This document shows positions 24,501 to 37,700 of a stretch of 64,000 bases of DNA, piece after piece. Source of the DNA: Eutreptiella sp. 'Long Island Sound 2002'. Lineage: Eukaryota; Protista; Euglenida. The stretch spans positions 26,846,001 through 26,910,000 of the forward strand of contig OZ038378.1 of assembly GCA_964036045.1 (NCBI GenBank), in the 5' to 3' direction. A program made the position numbers and the translations under genes. Position 1 is the first letter of the stretch; each line of letters starts with the position of its first letter. The notes beneath the pieces are model-generated. The model had not been told where the DNA came from, made no database searches, and saw only the letters and a program-made list of their open reading frames with translations.

Positions 24501-27500
24501 TTGGAAACCGGGGAGGAGGGAGATGTTGCTGTGCAATGTTTCGGGATTGAACCCTACTTTTTACAGGTTTGCTACTTGAGGACCTTTGCTTGACCCTCGT
24601 GTTGAACAACCGGGGTTAAATTCTCGTTTTGTTGATGACCAAAAATTGCCCATCCGAGAACCAGAGAGGGGGTTTCTCCTGAGTGGACAAAGGTCCCCCA
24701 TTCGGGAATGGGCAAACGAGGTTCTTCTTAGAGCTCAAAAATTCCCCATTCGGGAACAAGACTTAGTCTACTCCGATTCCTAGTCGGGCAAAGTGAGTAG
24801 CTGCTTTAAATCACTTCATGTTGGCTTATTGTTGGCTGAGTTGAGTTGAGCACCACCCTTGGTCACGTGAGACAACACAGTACCCTTGGTCTTGCTTGGA
24901 GCAAGGATGCACCTGGCAGCTCAACGCCGTAGCGCTAGTAGCCCCCGGGACCTTGTAGCGGGCGGCATTTAGGCTGCGGGGCACCAGTAGCCAAGGAAGT
25001 TAGGGGGGCGCTATGCATTTGCAACACACAAGCCTAAATTGACAAGGGCTAGGGTCCCGCTCATTTGAATCAAGAATACGCAAGGGAACTTCTAGTTGCA
25101 CCTTGGTGCCCCTATGCACTTCCCCGCGGCATACTTTACCTCAAGGCACCCTTAGTGGGGGCACTCTAAGGTGGTGAGAGCCAAGAGGACGGCCTTCCGC
25201 CCATGCAAGTAGCGGCAAAGAATCTCTTACTGCCATGAGTGTTAGGGTTAGGAGCAAGGAAGGAAAGGAGTAGTGTGACGACAACCAGCTCGAACTCTTG
25301 CGATTTTCATGTGCCTATTGCCTAGTAGTGGGCCCCCACTCCTCCTCTGTCATGCACCCTTCATCGTGTTGATACCTACTACGGATGCCGGCCCTAGTGT
25401 TGGTGCCGGTGCTAGTGCTAGTACCCGTGTAGGTGTGCGCACCGGTGCTATAGCCAGTGCTCTTGGTGCTGGTGGTAGGTTGCCGCTAACGCTGGTTCTC
25501 GTGGTGCTTGTGCCGGCTGCTGGAGACACCAAAGGGCAGCGAATAACACCAAGGCACGGCCCAAAAATCCAAGGGGCAATCTGTAACTCCAACGGGGAGC
25601 AAGAAATGAGGTTGGTGTGTAATATTCCCAAAGTGGGCCGCAAACCGGCAAAAGTTGTACCACTTCTAACCAATTGTTTGGTTGGTCCACCACACATGCA
25701 CCGAAGGGGTTGCCAATTGCCTAGCATCACTGCGAGCTATCGTAAGTTCTCACCCGGGATGTTGTCAGGGGAATTGGACGGCACAAAGCGGCGGTTGGGT
25801 AATCTAGGGGGCGGCAACCCAAAAGCCAAAGCAACCGCCAAAAGAAGTAAGGGGTCGTCACAGACATCAAGGAGCAACCGAAACATCAAAGAGGTAGTCA
25901 AAAATGCTAGAATTAAAAACATTCGGGCACCATGAAGAGCATCAAGGGGCACCTAAAAAGACCACGGGAGCTACCGGGAAACCAAAGGACATGTAAGGGA
26001 ACATCGGGTAGAGGGACACCAAAAACACATGCTTCCACTGCGCCATTCCTGGGCTTTCACCAACCACCTCCACCTTATATCCACATCACGCACACGAGTG
26101 CCTCCGCAGTGCTCTCACCTTGCATGCTTATTCTTGCCACCACTACAATTGCAAACACGGGTGGAGAAGGGGCAACCACACCTTCAATGGGGACAATGCA
26201 GCACCACAAGTAGCACCACCACCACATGGAGCATCACCATTAGCGTAACCACCACCAACACCATCAATAGTCCCATCAACTGTGTGATTGTAAGTGGTTC
26301 TAGCCGCCCGCCATTTTTTCCCTCTAATAGTACGGCCAGCCCTTTGGTTGTATGGGCAGCTTGTCGAATTGGGCGCTTTTGGCCACCCATAGGTGTTTGT
26401 GGCTGCCCCCCCCCCCCCCGCCGCCCTTCACGCAGCCCACTTGGTTTTTCTTGCCGTCCCTTGACTTGTTGGTTGTTCCTTGGTGCCTCCCAATGCCTCT
26501 TGGAGATCTCGCCTACCCACTGTTTGCTATTTTGCTGCCCACGACTTGCAAGCTACCCCAAGGAATTTTTCGTTGCTGCTGTCGGTTCCGATACCATTGG
26601 TGTCGCTACCATCGCCATCTACGACCGCCGCTTGGCACCCGCCAGTTTTGTTGCCACTGCCTGTTGCTACTGTTGTTGTCCCTCCGCCCCACCCTTCCAA
26701 GTGTAGCGTGCCGTTTTTGTTGCCAATGCTTGTAGATGTCTGATGCTAGCTACTAAGATGGCCGCTGCTTGATGTTGCTTGCCGCGTGCTTGCTGCTTTT
26801 TTCTCCTTGCTGTGTTTTCCTTGTGGCTGGTTGTTGTTGGCTATGGTTGTAGACAAATCGGCAGTACGAAAGCACAATGATAGCACACATTGTGGAGTGG
26901 TAGATGACACACACGACGAGAGCACAACATGAGCATGGCAAGAGCACATTGCCATGTTTTATAGTACCCACGTCCAGAACTACACCAGGGAATACTTTCC
27001 GCAGGTTCGACCTACCCCAAATGTTTGCTTGCGTACAGACATGGGTGTCGGCGCCCACCGAGGGTTCCTTGGCTCAACACAAGATACCCGCACCAAACTG
27101 CAGCCGTGCACCATTTCCCCGGACAATGCCTGGCTATCCGTTGGTTGTCCTAAGAATTTCGGGACCCTCTATGACCCTTGCACTAAATTTGTGGTTTTCA
27201 AAATCTTCCCTGCAAACCCAAAGCTCCCACTCGGTTACCCTTGCCCCTTGTGAGGCCGATCCTACTTTTCCGAGGCCTATGTTGGGCTATCCATGGGTCA
27301 CCCCCATACAATACCCCATTAAGGGGGAGCACCTCAGCGGCACACACAAGGCGCGGAGAATGAGCCAACTCGCCCAACCAAGCACCCATAGTTGCTACCC
27401 CGGGGGGGGGGTCGTCTGTGGGTTATGAGGCTGCTTCATGATACTATTGAGTTTAGCGAACCGCGAAGAGGTCCATCTTGTGCTGTTTTTTGAGTACAAC

Positions 27501-30500
27501 TCAAGTGTTCGTGTCGTGGGTCGCAACTTCACAGCATGTAGGAGCAAAATTGCGTCCATCGTTCAATTCAACAATTTTGATCGCGCCAGATTGGGCAACA
27601 TGAGGTGCGCAAGAAATGCGGTTTGTTGCTGACCAGTGAACATTTGTACCAGATTGGGCAAGACGGACATCCTTTGGTATTGTATGGCAGGGTGTTGCTC
27701 TACACCGAGAAAGCGTGCATACCAGGACCATTTGTGCCTTCACAAGGATGTCATTAAGAAACGGAAAGTTGAAAACACAATGTGGCTACCTAGAGTAGTT
27801 CATGGGACTATGTAATGACCCCCTTTGTGAACACGGAGGGACTACAAGCCGTGAAGCGCAAACAGAGTTCGGGATCTCAAAATTGAACATTTCAACGTCT
27901 TTAGTTGGGCAATTGGGGTGAAATACATGCCTCGATAAATGAACATCAGAGCAATGTAACATTGTGTCGCATGATATTACGGTAGGATGGGACGAGAGCT
28001 GCAAGCAACATCAAAATTTCAAAAGCTGTATGCATTACCCCAAACCGTTAGATGAAAACCGGGTTGTGGGTGTTTTGTCGCTCACCGAAAGGTTATTTGG
28101 GACCTTGGCAACAGACCCTGCTGCCCTTTCATATGACCACTTCTCTTACCTGCACCCATTGGTCGCCTTGTACGGTGTGATGCACCATCAACACACTCTC
28201 CATGGCATAGACATTCATTGTGCCTTGCTAAGGTGCGCATCTAGGGTGGGAGGGTGGCAACCATACACATGAGGTAGCAGTGTCGGGGAGCGCTTGTGTG
28301 TTGGGTTTTGGCTCACGGTCCGTGCCCCCGTTGTAGCTGGACCATGGCCTACAAGAGAGGGGGTGGAGCTGATAATTGTATCCCTAGAGGGCCAGTCCCG
28401 GGCTTCCGTCCCTCCACCGGCAGGCGGGCACTACCCTTGGGCCCAATGTTATGCCTCTCTGGCCCTTTGCCACTCCGCTATATACCTGCGAGGAGATGGT
28501 GCGGCGAAGGGGGTGGGGGGTTGAGACTTGCTCTAGGTCTTGTGGCACTTGCATGCACAGATTAGGGTGGTAGGATAGGGTTTATGTATGTGGCCCATTG
28601 GTCACCCACATGGGGCTATGTGCTGGCGCGAGGGTTGTGTGGCTGTGTGTGCTTGTGTGTGCTTGTGTGTGGTTGTGTGTGGCCATGGGTGGTTGTGTGT
28701 GGCTATATCTGGCCGTTTGTGGCCGTGTTTGGGCATTTGCGCCGAAGGTGCTGTTACCAAATGGCAATGGCCGGCATGGTCTTCCTCACGGGAAAATGCA
28801 AGCTGCGAGGGCTATGTGTTTGAATAGGCACTGCGTGTAGTGTGTTGTGCACTTTGGGTGAGGGGGCGAATTTCCCCCTGTAGATGGTGGTCTTAGTTGA
28901 GGGCCGCCCTAGGGACTCCTTGCCGCTCTGCTTGTTGGTGTAGTTGAAGCTCCCACAATGCCCATGCCATTGTGCCCCTTGGCCACGAGCAGGCCTCAAT
29001 GAGGCCGTCGCGTGCTCCGAGGTGGGCCAACCAGACCTTCTATGACTTCAACAACACTTGCTGGATGAACTCTGTCCCCATGTTGTGGGGTCCTACCAGC
29101 CCCTATGTACCGCCCATGTAGACAGTGTTGTGATGGCCGCTGACCACTGTTCAAGTTCCATAGGTCCCACAAGTCCCACAATTGGCTTTGCACTTGGGAG
29201 GCCCTTGGCCCCACATAAGTGCTCAGCCATGTGGAGGCGCTGCTGGGCTAGTCACCACTTGTGGGACTGCACCGGGCACTCCCATAGGTGCCGGGCTTTC
29301 TCCGGGCCACCCCCGCATAGTAGACAGTGCGTGCACACATGCACATTTCTGTGTGCTCAGAGCGCCCTGCTAGCACCGTCATAGTGGAGAGGTGCTATGC
29401 ATGCGATGGGCCACCAAGTGCCACTCCTCGCTACTAGTAAACCGGTCTAGAAGGAAACCAAGGACCCGCTTGTAGTGGTGTCCCCATCAGTGGTCATACT
29501 GCACCCGAGCAGGGATCGTTGCTTGCTCTTGTAGCCACTCTTGTGTGGCCGTGTGTGGCTATGAGTGGCTGTGTGTGCTTGTGTGTGGTCGTGTGTGGCT
29601 GTGTGGGGCCGTTTGCGGCCATGTGTGGATGGTTGTGGCTGTGTGTGGCCGTGTGTGGCCGTGTGTGGCCGTGTGTGGCCGTGTGTGGCTGTGTGTGGCC
29701 GTGTTTGGCCATGTTTGGGTGTGTGTGGCCGTTAGTTAGTTAGAAGTTAGCGATGTCAGTGAGACGTCACACCAAGGTGCTCGCCGATGGAGAGGGATGA
29801 CTTGGTTGAACCCAGGTTGCAGTGAGCCCCGAGCACCAGTCACTGAATGTGTCTTGTCCGTGTGTTGCTTGTGTGTTGCTGTGTGTTGCGTGTGTTAGTG
29901 TCTGATCCTGGTCTGAGCTGCAGTTTGCGCTGCAGTATCTGAAGATTGCTCTAGCAAATACTCCAAGTGTGCACCCACTGTTCGTATTGTACTGCATTGT
30001 ATACTACAAGAGTGTGTGGCCGTGTGTTGCTATGTGTGCATGTGTGCGGCTGTGTGTGGCTGTGTGTGTTGCCATGTGTGGCTGTGTGTGGTCACGTGTC
30101 GCTGTTTGTGGCTGTGTGTACTTGTTTGTGGCTATGTCTAGCCGTGTGTGCCCGTGTGTGGCTGTGTGTGGTTGTCTGTGTTACTGTATGTGGCCGTGTG
30201 TGCCCGTGTGTGGCTGTGTGTGGTTGTGTGTGTTATTGTGTTATTGTGTGGCCCTGTGCCTATGTGTGGCTGTGTGTTGCCGTGTGTAGCTGCGCCTGCC
30301 TGTGTGTCGCCGAGTGTGGCCGTTTGTGTTGGCGTGTGTGCCCATGTCTGGCTTTGTGTGGCCGTGTGTGGCCGTGTGTGGCTATGTGTGGCTCTGTGTG
30401 GTTGTGTGTGGCTGTGTGTGGTTGTCTGTGACCATGCAAAAGCCACTGGTGTGTTTTGCCTACAACAACGTCCAACCACACAACCTAGACCGCCATATGC

Positions 30501-33500
30501 AAGCAAAGGCATAATTAGAGGCCCTCTGTTTATGCCTTTGCCACACGGGAGCACCGGAGTGCCCCACTCGGAAGTCCCTAGACACCAACCATGCAGTGCT
30601 AGAGCGGGGACTAATTCGGTGGCGGGCTCACGTGCGAATGACGGCCCGCCGCGAGGGCATAGCCCCTTCGACGGACACCTGCCCCTGTCCGACGTGTCGC
30701 CGCGAGGTGACAGCCGACCACCCGGTGAAAGATTGCCCATGGTGGCATCTCTTCCGTTTGGCCTTGCACTCACAGCCGGGGGGGGGGGGGGAGAAAATTT
30801 GTGGTATCACCGTTTTTTCGTACTCCCTCCCCCCTGGGGGGGGGTGCGGCCCGAAAAAAATATCCCACCCCTATGTGTAAAAAAGTTTCGCAACCCCAAT
30901 TTTTTCCTAAAGAACACCACACGGACCACCTCTTGGAGCCCACTGGTTGCTGTTTCATATTGTGTAAGTGTAGCCTACATAATGCTTTGAGGTCCCCAAA
31001 CATTCCCCATTTTGCCGGTACAATTTTGGTAGCCCCACATATCACCGTCGGCCCAAAGTTTAGCCACCACAAAGCGAGGGTGCTGGCCGTGGGGCCCCTA
31101 GCGTTTTGGCTTGGGGTAAAATTGGTCAAACTGACCTTCCGGTTTTTCTAGGAATAGTAGCAAGAGCACATGTAGCAAGGGTTCGGCAATAGCATAGGTA
31201 GCAAACTATGTGTGGTATAGGCGAGGGTTCGGGAACCCTCCTTGGCGTGCCATACTGCTTCATACTGTTCCCTTGTTGCAAGTTTTTTTTACGACCCAGT
31301 TAAATTGGAAACATTTCAACTTGTTTTGTGCACAAGCAATGTTGATCCCCAATGTGGGGCAAGGTTGTGTGCTAGTTGCCGGTACGTCACTCCAAGTCGT
31401 GAAGTTGTTGGATTTCGCCTCCTTTGAAGACTGTGTGTGGCTCTGTGTGGCCGTGTGTGGCTCTGTGTGGCCGTGTGTGGCTGTGTGTGGTTGTGTGTGG
31501 CCGTGTGTGGCTGTGTGTGGCCGTGTGTGGCTGCGCCACCTCGTGTGATCCAAGTGGTTTGCCCCAATAGCAACACAAATGGCCTCTGGGAGGGTGTACC
31601 CCATGACCGGCATAGATGTTGAGGACAATGCCATTGTCAATAACGTTGTAGAAGTCTTGTATGAGGTAGTGGCGCCCAAAACAGAAAGGTCCAGCACGCT
31701 AAATGGGCTCACAATGCCACTACATTGCACCGTCCGGCCATGTGTGGCCGTGTTTGGCCGTGTGTGGCTGTGTGTGCTTGTGTGTGGCTGTGCGCTGCCG
31801 TGTGTGGCTGTTTGTGGTTGCATGTGGGGGAACATGGCCGCCCAAGGGTGTGTGACCTCACTGTGTTGAGGGGGTGACATCAGGGCTAGGCCGAGGCTAA
31901 CACCCAACCTGGGCAGCGGAAGGGCCGCGAGGTTGCGCGCCCCATCCCTCGCCGGCCTCCATGGGTGAGCGGCAATGGGGCAAGGCAGATCCACGGGATC
32001 CATGGGGGTGGCGAACCACGCAAAGGGTAGTGGAACCGGGCATCTTGCAGCCCATGCATGGGCTTCCTTCACTAGACTAGGGGTAAAGTTTGGTCGGGGT
32101 GGGGTCCGCCTTAGGGCCAAGACCAGCTATATGGAGCCTCCGCCCGGCTCTTGTGCCAAAGGAGGCCTAAGTTCTCGTCGTGGTGGATAGTGGTGGGGGA
32201 AAACACAGTGGGTGGGGCAACCCCCCCCCCCCCCGCCAACTTGGGGGACATCCCCATGGCTGCTTGTTGGTATAGTAGCCGGGGTCGGTCAACGGGTGGA
32301 GTGGGGTGGCCCCCTACCCAACTTGGGGGGCACCAAGACGGCTGCTTGTCCTAAGGAGTCAAGGACAAGGGCGGCGGATGGACAACTCCGGGGCCCTTCC
32401 GGCCCCAACGTAGCGCCAGAGAAACCCAAGTCCGCCCTCGAGAGGGATAGGGTTGACCTGCAGTGAGGGCAACAAATTCCTTCCCGGGGCCCATCCGGTT
32501 CTAGCCCAGCGCCGGACAAACTTGAGTCCTCCCTCAAGGGGGATAGGGTGGGCGCGTGGTGGCGGCAGCAAATCCGCTTCTCCGGGGTCCATGTGGCTCT
32601 AGCCTAGCGCCAGAAAAGCCCAAGTGCTTCCTTGTTGGGGATAGGGACGACGCGTGGCATAGTGGGGCAGCCCCCTCCCCAACCTAGGGGCACCCCAATA
32701 GCCGCCTGTTGATAAGGTGGCCGCGGTGCGTCAATGTTGGGGCGGCCCCCTCCCTAGACGGGGCTGCTCCCCGATAGTCAATTATTGGTATGGTGGCCGA
32801 AGTCGGACGGGGCTCAAGCTTTGGGCTCCACCTTCCTAGGGATGTCAGTGGGGCAACAAGGGGATGAGCGGTGTCCACTGACCGGTGGGGACATATGGCG
32901 GCGGGGTGATATGAGATTGGTGGGGGCCGGCCAACCCTTCCAAGGTGGGCAATCGTTTGGTGAGGTGGTGACGATCTGCGCTCTCCAAGAGCGCCGGAAA
33001 AGCCCGAGTCCTCCCTTGACGGGGATAGCGTCGGCCCAAGGTGGAGGCGACACACAGAGGGGCGGAAGTAGATCAAGGGTGGGGCAGCCCTCTCCAACGT
33101 GGGGTCTCCCCGATAGCCCTTTGTTGGTATGGTGGCTGGGCTTTGGTTGGCGGCCCGTCCTTTGGGCTCCGCCGTACAGAGGATGTCAATGGGGCTCCCT
33201 AGGGTTTCCGCCGGTATGGAGACAAGGTGACGTAGGCGAGGGGCCGGGCCCCAGACCGCTGTGCGGAGGCTGCGGACCAAGGCTACCCCTCCAAGGGGGG
33301 CGCCCTGATAGCCGCTCGTTGGTGCCGCCGCCGGGGCCCAGGTATCGGCCGCCCCCCCACCCGACAATGTGGGGATCTGAGTCCCCCTAAGGTAGCACCC
33401 TAGTACCCTATCCACCGAAGGATAGCCCATTCCACCTAGGGCTGACTCCTTCTGCTCCGGTAGGGGGGGGGGTCCTCTCTCCCTCACCGCCCCTAGTAGA

Positions 33501-34734
33501 ACCCGTCTTGCCCCGCCACAGTCCAGCCCCGTCCTTTGGCAGCCGTTAGGGCCTGCCAGCCAAACGCCGGCCTTTGGAATCATCACCTGGTGGACTAAGG
33601 GCTGACACCCGTCGCGCGCGTCCACGCGCCTTGGGAGGTTGGCTGCCAGCCGGGAGTGGAGCTGGGTCCTGCCGAGCCCCCCTCCACGGGTGGTACCCGC
33701 AACAGGGACCACTGGGTTGTTGCGTGGGTCAAGGATCCATGAGGAGGAGACGAAGAGGAGAGCCTCCACCATGATGCTGAGCCCGGTAGGCCCAAGGGGT
33801 CACCCCACTGACGACCGCGTCCAAGTCTGTGGGGGCTAGCAGGCACCATTGGGCTGGTGCAGGTGCGCCCTACTGGGGGACCGCATCTCCTCCTCCTCCT
33901 CCTCCTCCTCCTGTGTGTGGCTGTGTGTGGCTGCGTGTGGCTGTGTGTGCCTGTGTATGGCTGTGTGTGGCTCCGACCGAACCAAGTTGCCCCAGGGGAG
34001 GCTGGTTTGCGGACAGTGGAAGTGCTGTTACACAGCCCCGTGCTCTTATACAGATCATGGATAACGACAAGGGGGTACATGTTGTGGCCGCCATCAACTT
34101 GTTCACAACTCTGCCTGAACCTGCGGAGGCAGCCATTGCCGTGGTCCGTGAGTTGCACGACCACAAGGTGGGGTGCTGCGTGGGTCTAGCGTGCGGGCTG
34201 GTCTTCTGTGGCCTCGTGGGGTGCGACTCCGCCTGCCGATGGGACATCACTGGGCCCGCCTGCGTGCGGGCCTGCCGCTTGATGCAGCACGCCATGGCCC
34301 AGAGCCTGCACTGCATCACGGACGACTCTGTGTACAACACCCTGACGAACGTATCGCTTTTGCAGGCCATCGGCCCCATTCCTCTGAAGGGAGGTGCAGG
34401 ATCTGTGCAGGTGTTGGGGCAGAGGATAAACAAGGGAGCGTTCAAATGCTTGCCAAACTCCTACTATCGCCCCACTGTTGTGAGGAAGCTTGTGACTGGA
34501 TTGATGTTGTGAACAAATTGCATGTGGCACTGTGTCTTGGCCAGGGCGTTTGGTGCTTTGTTTTCCAGCTCAACACCAGTTTGAGAGGTTCCCAGCACAG
34601 CACAGTCAGCAATCAACACATCTCAATGCGGGTAGCCGCGCTGTGGGATGCAGATGTTGTAGCAGACCAGATACCCCACTGACTGCTTTGCGTAGGGCCT
34701 CAGTGCCCCCGGTCAGGACCATAAATTGACATGG

Positions 34735-34768
<34 letters not shown>

Positions 34769-37700
34769 GTGGGCAAGTGAGCACATGTCAGGTGCATGTG
34801 TGTGTCGGGGTTGCACCTGCTCGCCCAGGGTCTGCTTAGCCCGGAGTCCATTGTGCGGGGGACTGAGACAACCTGCCATAGTACCTTTGGGGAAGGCGCT
34901 TCAGGATCCGTCAAGACTGGTATTCGACACACTCCCTCCCCCCTGTCCAACATGTACTTAATGTTTGGACCGTATTTTTTTGGTACCCAAAGTAATTAGA
35001 TCCCCAGTTTCAGGTTACAAGGTCTGGGCTGAAGGTAGTTTAACTTTGGTTTCGCTGGATATGGGGTTGGGATGGGGTGATACATGCACCCCACAATTCA
35101 CAGTTGTGCAGCTCTAGGATGGCGTCTCCTGACATGTCCTTGCGCACAGGTGTACACCCTGGCCGAGCACCTGGACACCAGCACGTACCGCATTGTGAGC
35201 CCGTTCGCCTTCTGCCCGGCGCCGTACACAACCGTGTGTGCAGCCCTTGTGGCGAACGTCGTGGGGGACAGGGCGCCGCAGCGCGCCGCAGCCGTGATCT
35301 ATGGGCGCTTGGGGTCCGGCAAGACCACCCTCTGCATCCGCTCCCTAAAAGACATCGGCTTTGTCCCGCTTGCTCACCAGAGCGTCGCGGGGAAGAACCC
35401 GCTCCACATCGGCGTCACCATCGTGGAGTGGTTCAAGCACTGCCGTGTGGGCGACGTTGCCCCGAAGGTTGAGCCCATGTGTTCCACCTGCAGAGTTCAA
35501 AGGGGACATTGCTTGACATTTTTCTCACATGTACGATGGCGAAATACAATTGGTGAGCCAAAACCCCCATTCCAAATCTTCAGAAGGATCGTCTTTTGTG
35601 GGGGTCAAATTATAGGATGTGCTAAGTGCTTGACCTGCTGGTCTATGCTTTTTGAACTGTCCCCATTCTAGGCCCCCCAAGAGGCTGGGGTTATGTAGCC
35701 CATGCGATGGTTGTGGACTTTTAGCACCCCAGGGGTTATGTAACCTGCCAGCTTCTCGGACTCTGTGGTGCACGGGTGTGGACTCAGAGCAGAGGTCATT
35801 TAGCCAGTTTGATTTCTTCCTATTCTGGAGACCCTGAGACAACAGGGATCATGTAGCCGGTGGCAGGGGTTATGTAGCCATTCAGATATTTCTTCCGGGG
35901 AGCAAGAGACAGGTTGGTTAGGGTAGTAGCCATTCCAATGCTTCCTCCCTTCTCTTGGGATATCTGCCGAGGGCTTTTTTTTTTGCATATTCTGCCATTT
36001 GCCTGTGCCTGTGGGGCTTTCAGGGTTGGTCTTTCTCAAACGGCAAGGGTTATGTAGCCTTTCAATGGTGGCCCACGTTTGGGACCCCAAGAGAGCAGGG
36101 TGTACATACCCATTTTGTTGCACGCTTGCTTCCATGAACCCAAGATTGAAGGGATTATGTTGCCATTTTGACCTCCCCTCATTCTTAGGGCCCCAGAGAT
36201 GGCAATGCCGTATGGATGTTTTGTCGGCTTCTGCGAATCTGAGATGGCAGGGTCATGGGTCCATTTTGTTGTATGTTCGCTCCTGGAAGCCGGAGATCAG
36301 GGTTCCTGCAGTCATTGTGATTTGTCCCCACTCTGGCACTCTGGGGAACCTGGTACGGCGCTTTCTCTGTCGCCATTTGGCTGCCTACCTGTTCTTTGGA
36401 GCTTACAGTGGCTTCCAGGTTTCTAAACCAAGACTGCACTGGGGTTGTGGCCATAGGTTATGCACCAATTTTGTTACCTCCTCTCTTTCATGACCCTACG
36501 ATGGCAAAGGTTATGGAGCCATTTATGATTCTCCACATCGCTCGTACCCTACAAGACAGGGATTATGCAGCCATTGTGATGCTTGCTCTCTTTTGCAACC
36601 CCAAAATGGCAAGGGTTAGGTAACAACTTTGTTCTCTGCCCGCCTCTAGGACCCCAAACAGGTTGGTTTTAATTCCCCATTTTGATTTCTCCTCATTCTG
36701 GCAATTTGGTGTTGGCATAGGATGGTTGCTCTTTTTGGGAAGGTGCTGTTTTTTTCCTTTTTGATGCCTTCTGTGCAGCCCACTGCCCGTTCACCTTGGT
36801 TCACACCTTTGGCTGTGCTACACAGCACAAGAATTTAACGCCAAAAGCAAATCCATTTCCTAGCGAAAACCTCCACTGTTTGTATGTTTCCCCCAATAGA
36901 CGGTCCTCTTACGTGTGGTGTCGCTCTAGAAAACTGGCGTGTCACAAAGACGGGTCGTTCATGTATTGCTTGTGGACAATATCTACTCCTCACCATGCAC
37001 CTACTTGGCCTAATCATGGGCAAGACTGCTTGCTCCTTGTGCTTGTTGTGAACCATCGCAGTAGTGTAAGGTGTTCAGGCCCATAGTCAACAAATGACCA
37101 TCGATTCAAAGCTTTCTTGCATGGGAATGGGACAATATTACACCATCCATACACAGCCCTTGTGCACTAGCCTCAAAATTGTTGATGGTTCCAAGTCCCA
37201 AGCTTGCATCCTCGATTGTGGACCAATTTACAAACAAATCATCATTGATTATTTTACACTGCTGCGAATTGCTGTAAATGACAATTGTTGTTGGCATTCT
37301 TTCTCCTACGGGTGAGATTTGGAAGACAACCTGGGGTTGGTGGTTGCTCCTACCTTCGGTGCCTTGGAAGGTGTTCCCTCGCCCTTGGGCTTCGCCATGT
37401 GAGGTGTGGCGTTGGATGCCATAGACCTAGAGGATTGTGTTGCGTGGCCTCAAAGAGGACTAGCCGGCTGACAACATTTAGGACTTGACCCATGGCTCCT
37501 AGTACGGGTTTTTGTTATCATCCCTATTAGTGTTAGACATCCCTCTTCTTCTTTGTTTGCTTTGTGAGCTTTGAGATGTGTCTTTTTTCATGTGCCTTCT
37601 CCTTTGTTGTGGGGGTGCCACAACAAAGGTTGTCATGGTCATTGTATTTGTAGGTTTGCAATAGTAGGTGCGCACAAGGAAAGCTTAATTTTTCAATAAT

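Noticed and set aside
24800-26760. Possible LINE ORF2 C-terminus or host exon (25309..25935, 26029..26706)
   Set aside because: Low-complexity sequence with no diagnostic motif; probably decayed TE but not assignable.
29519-30990. Cys/Val/Trp-rich ORFs resembling metallothionein or keratin-associated proteins
   Set aside because: Translations of the 10-bp satellite, open in several frames.
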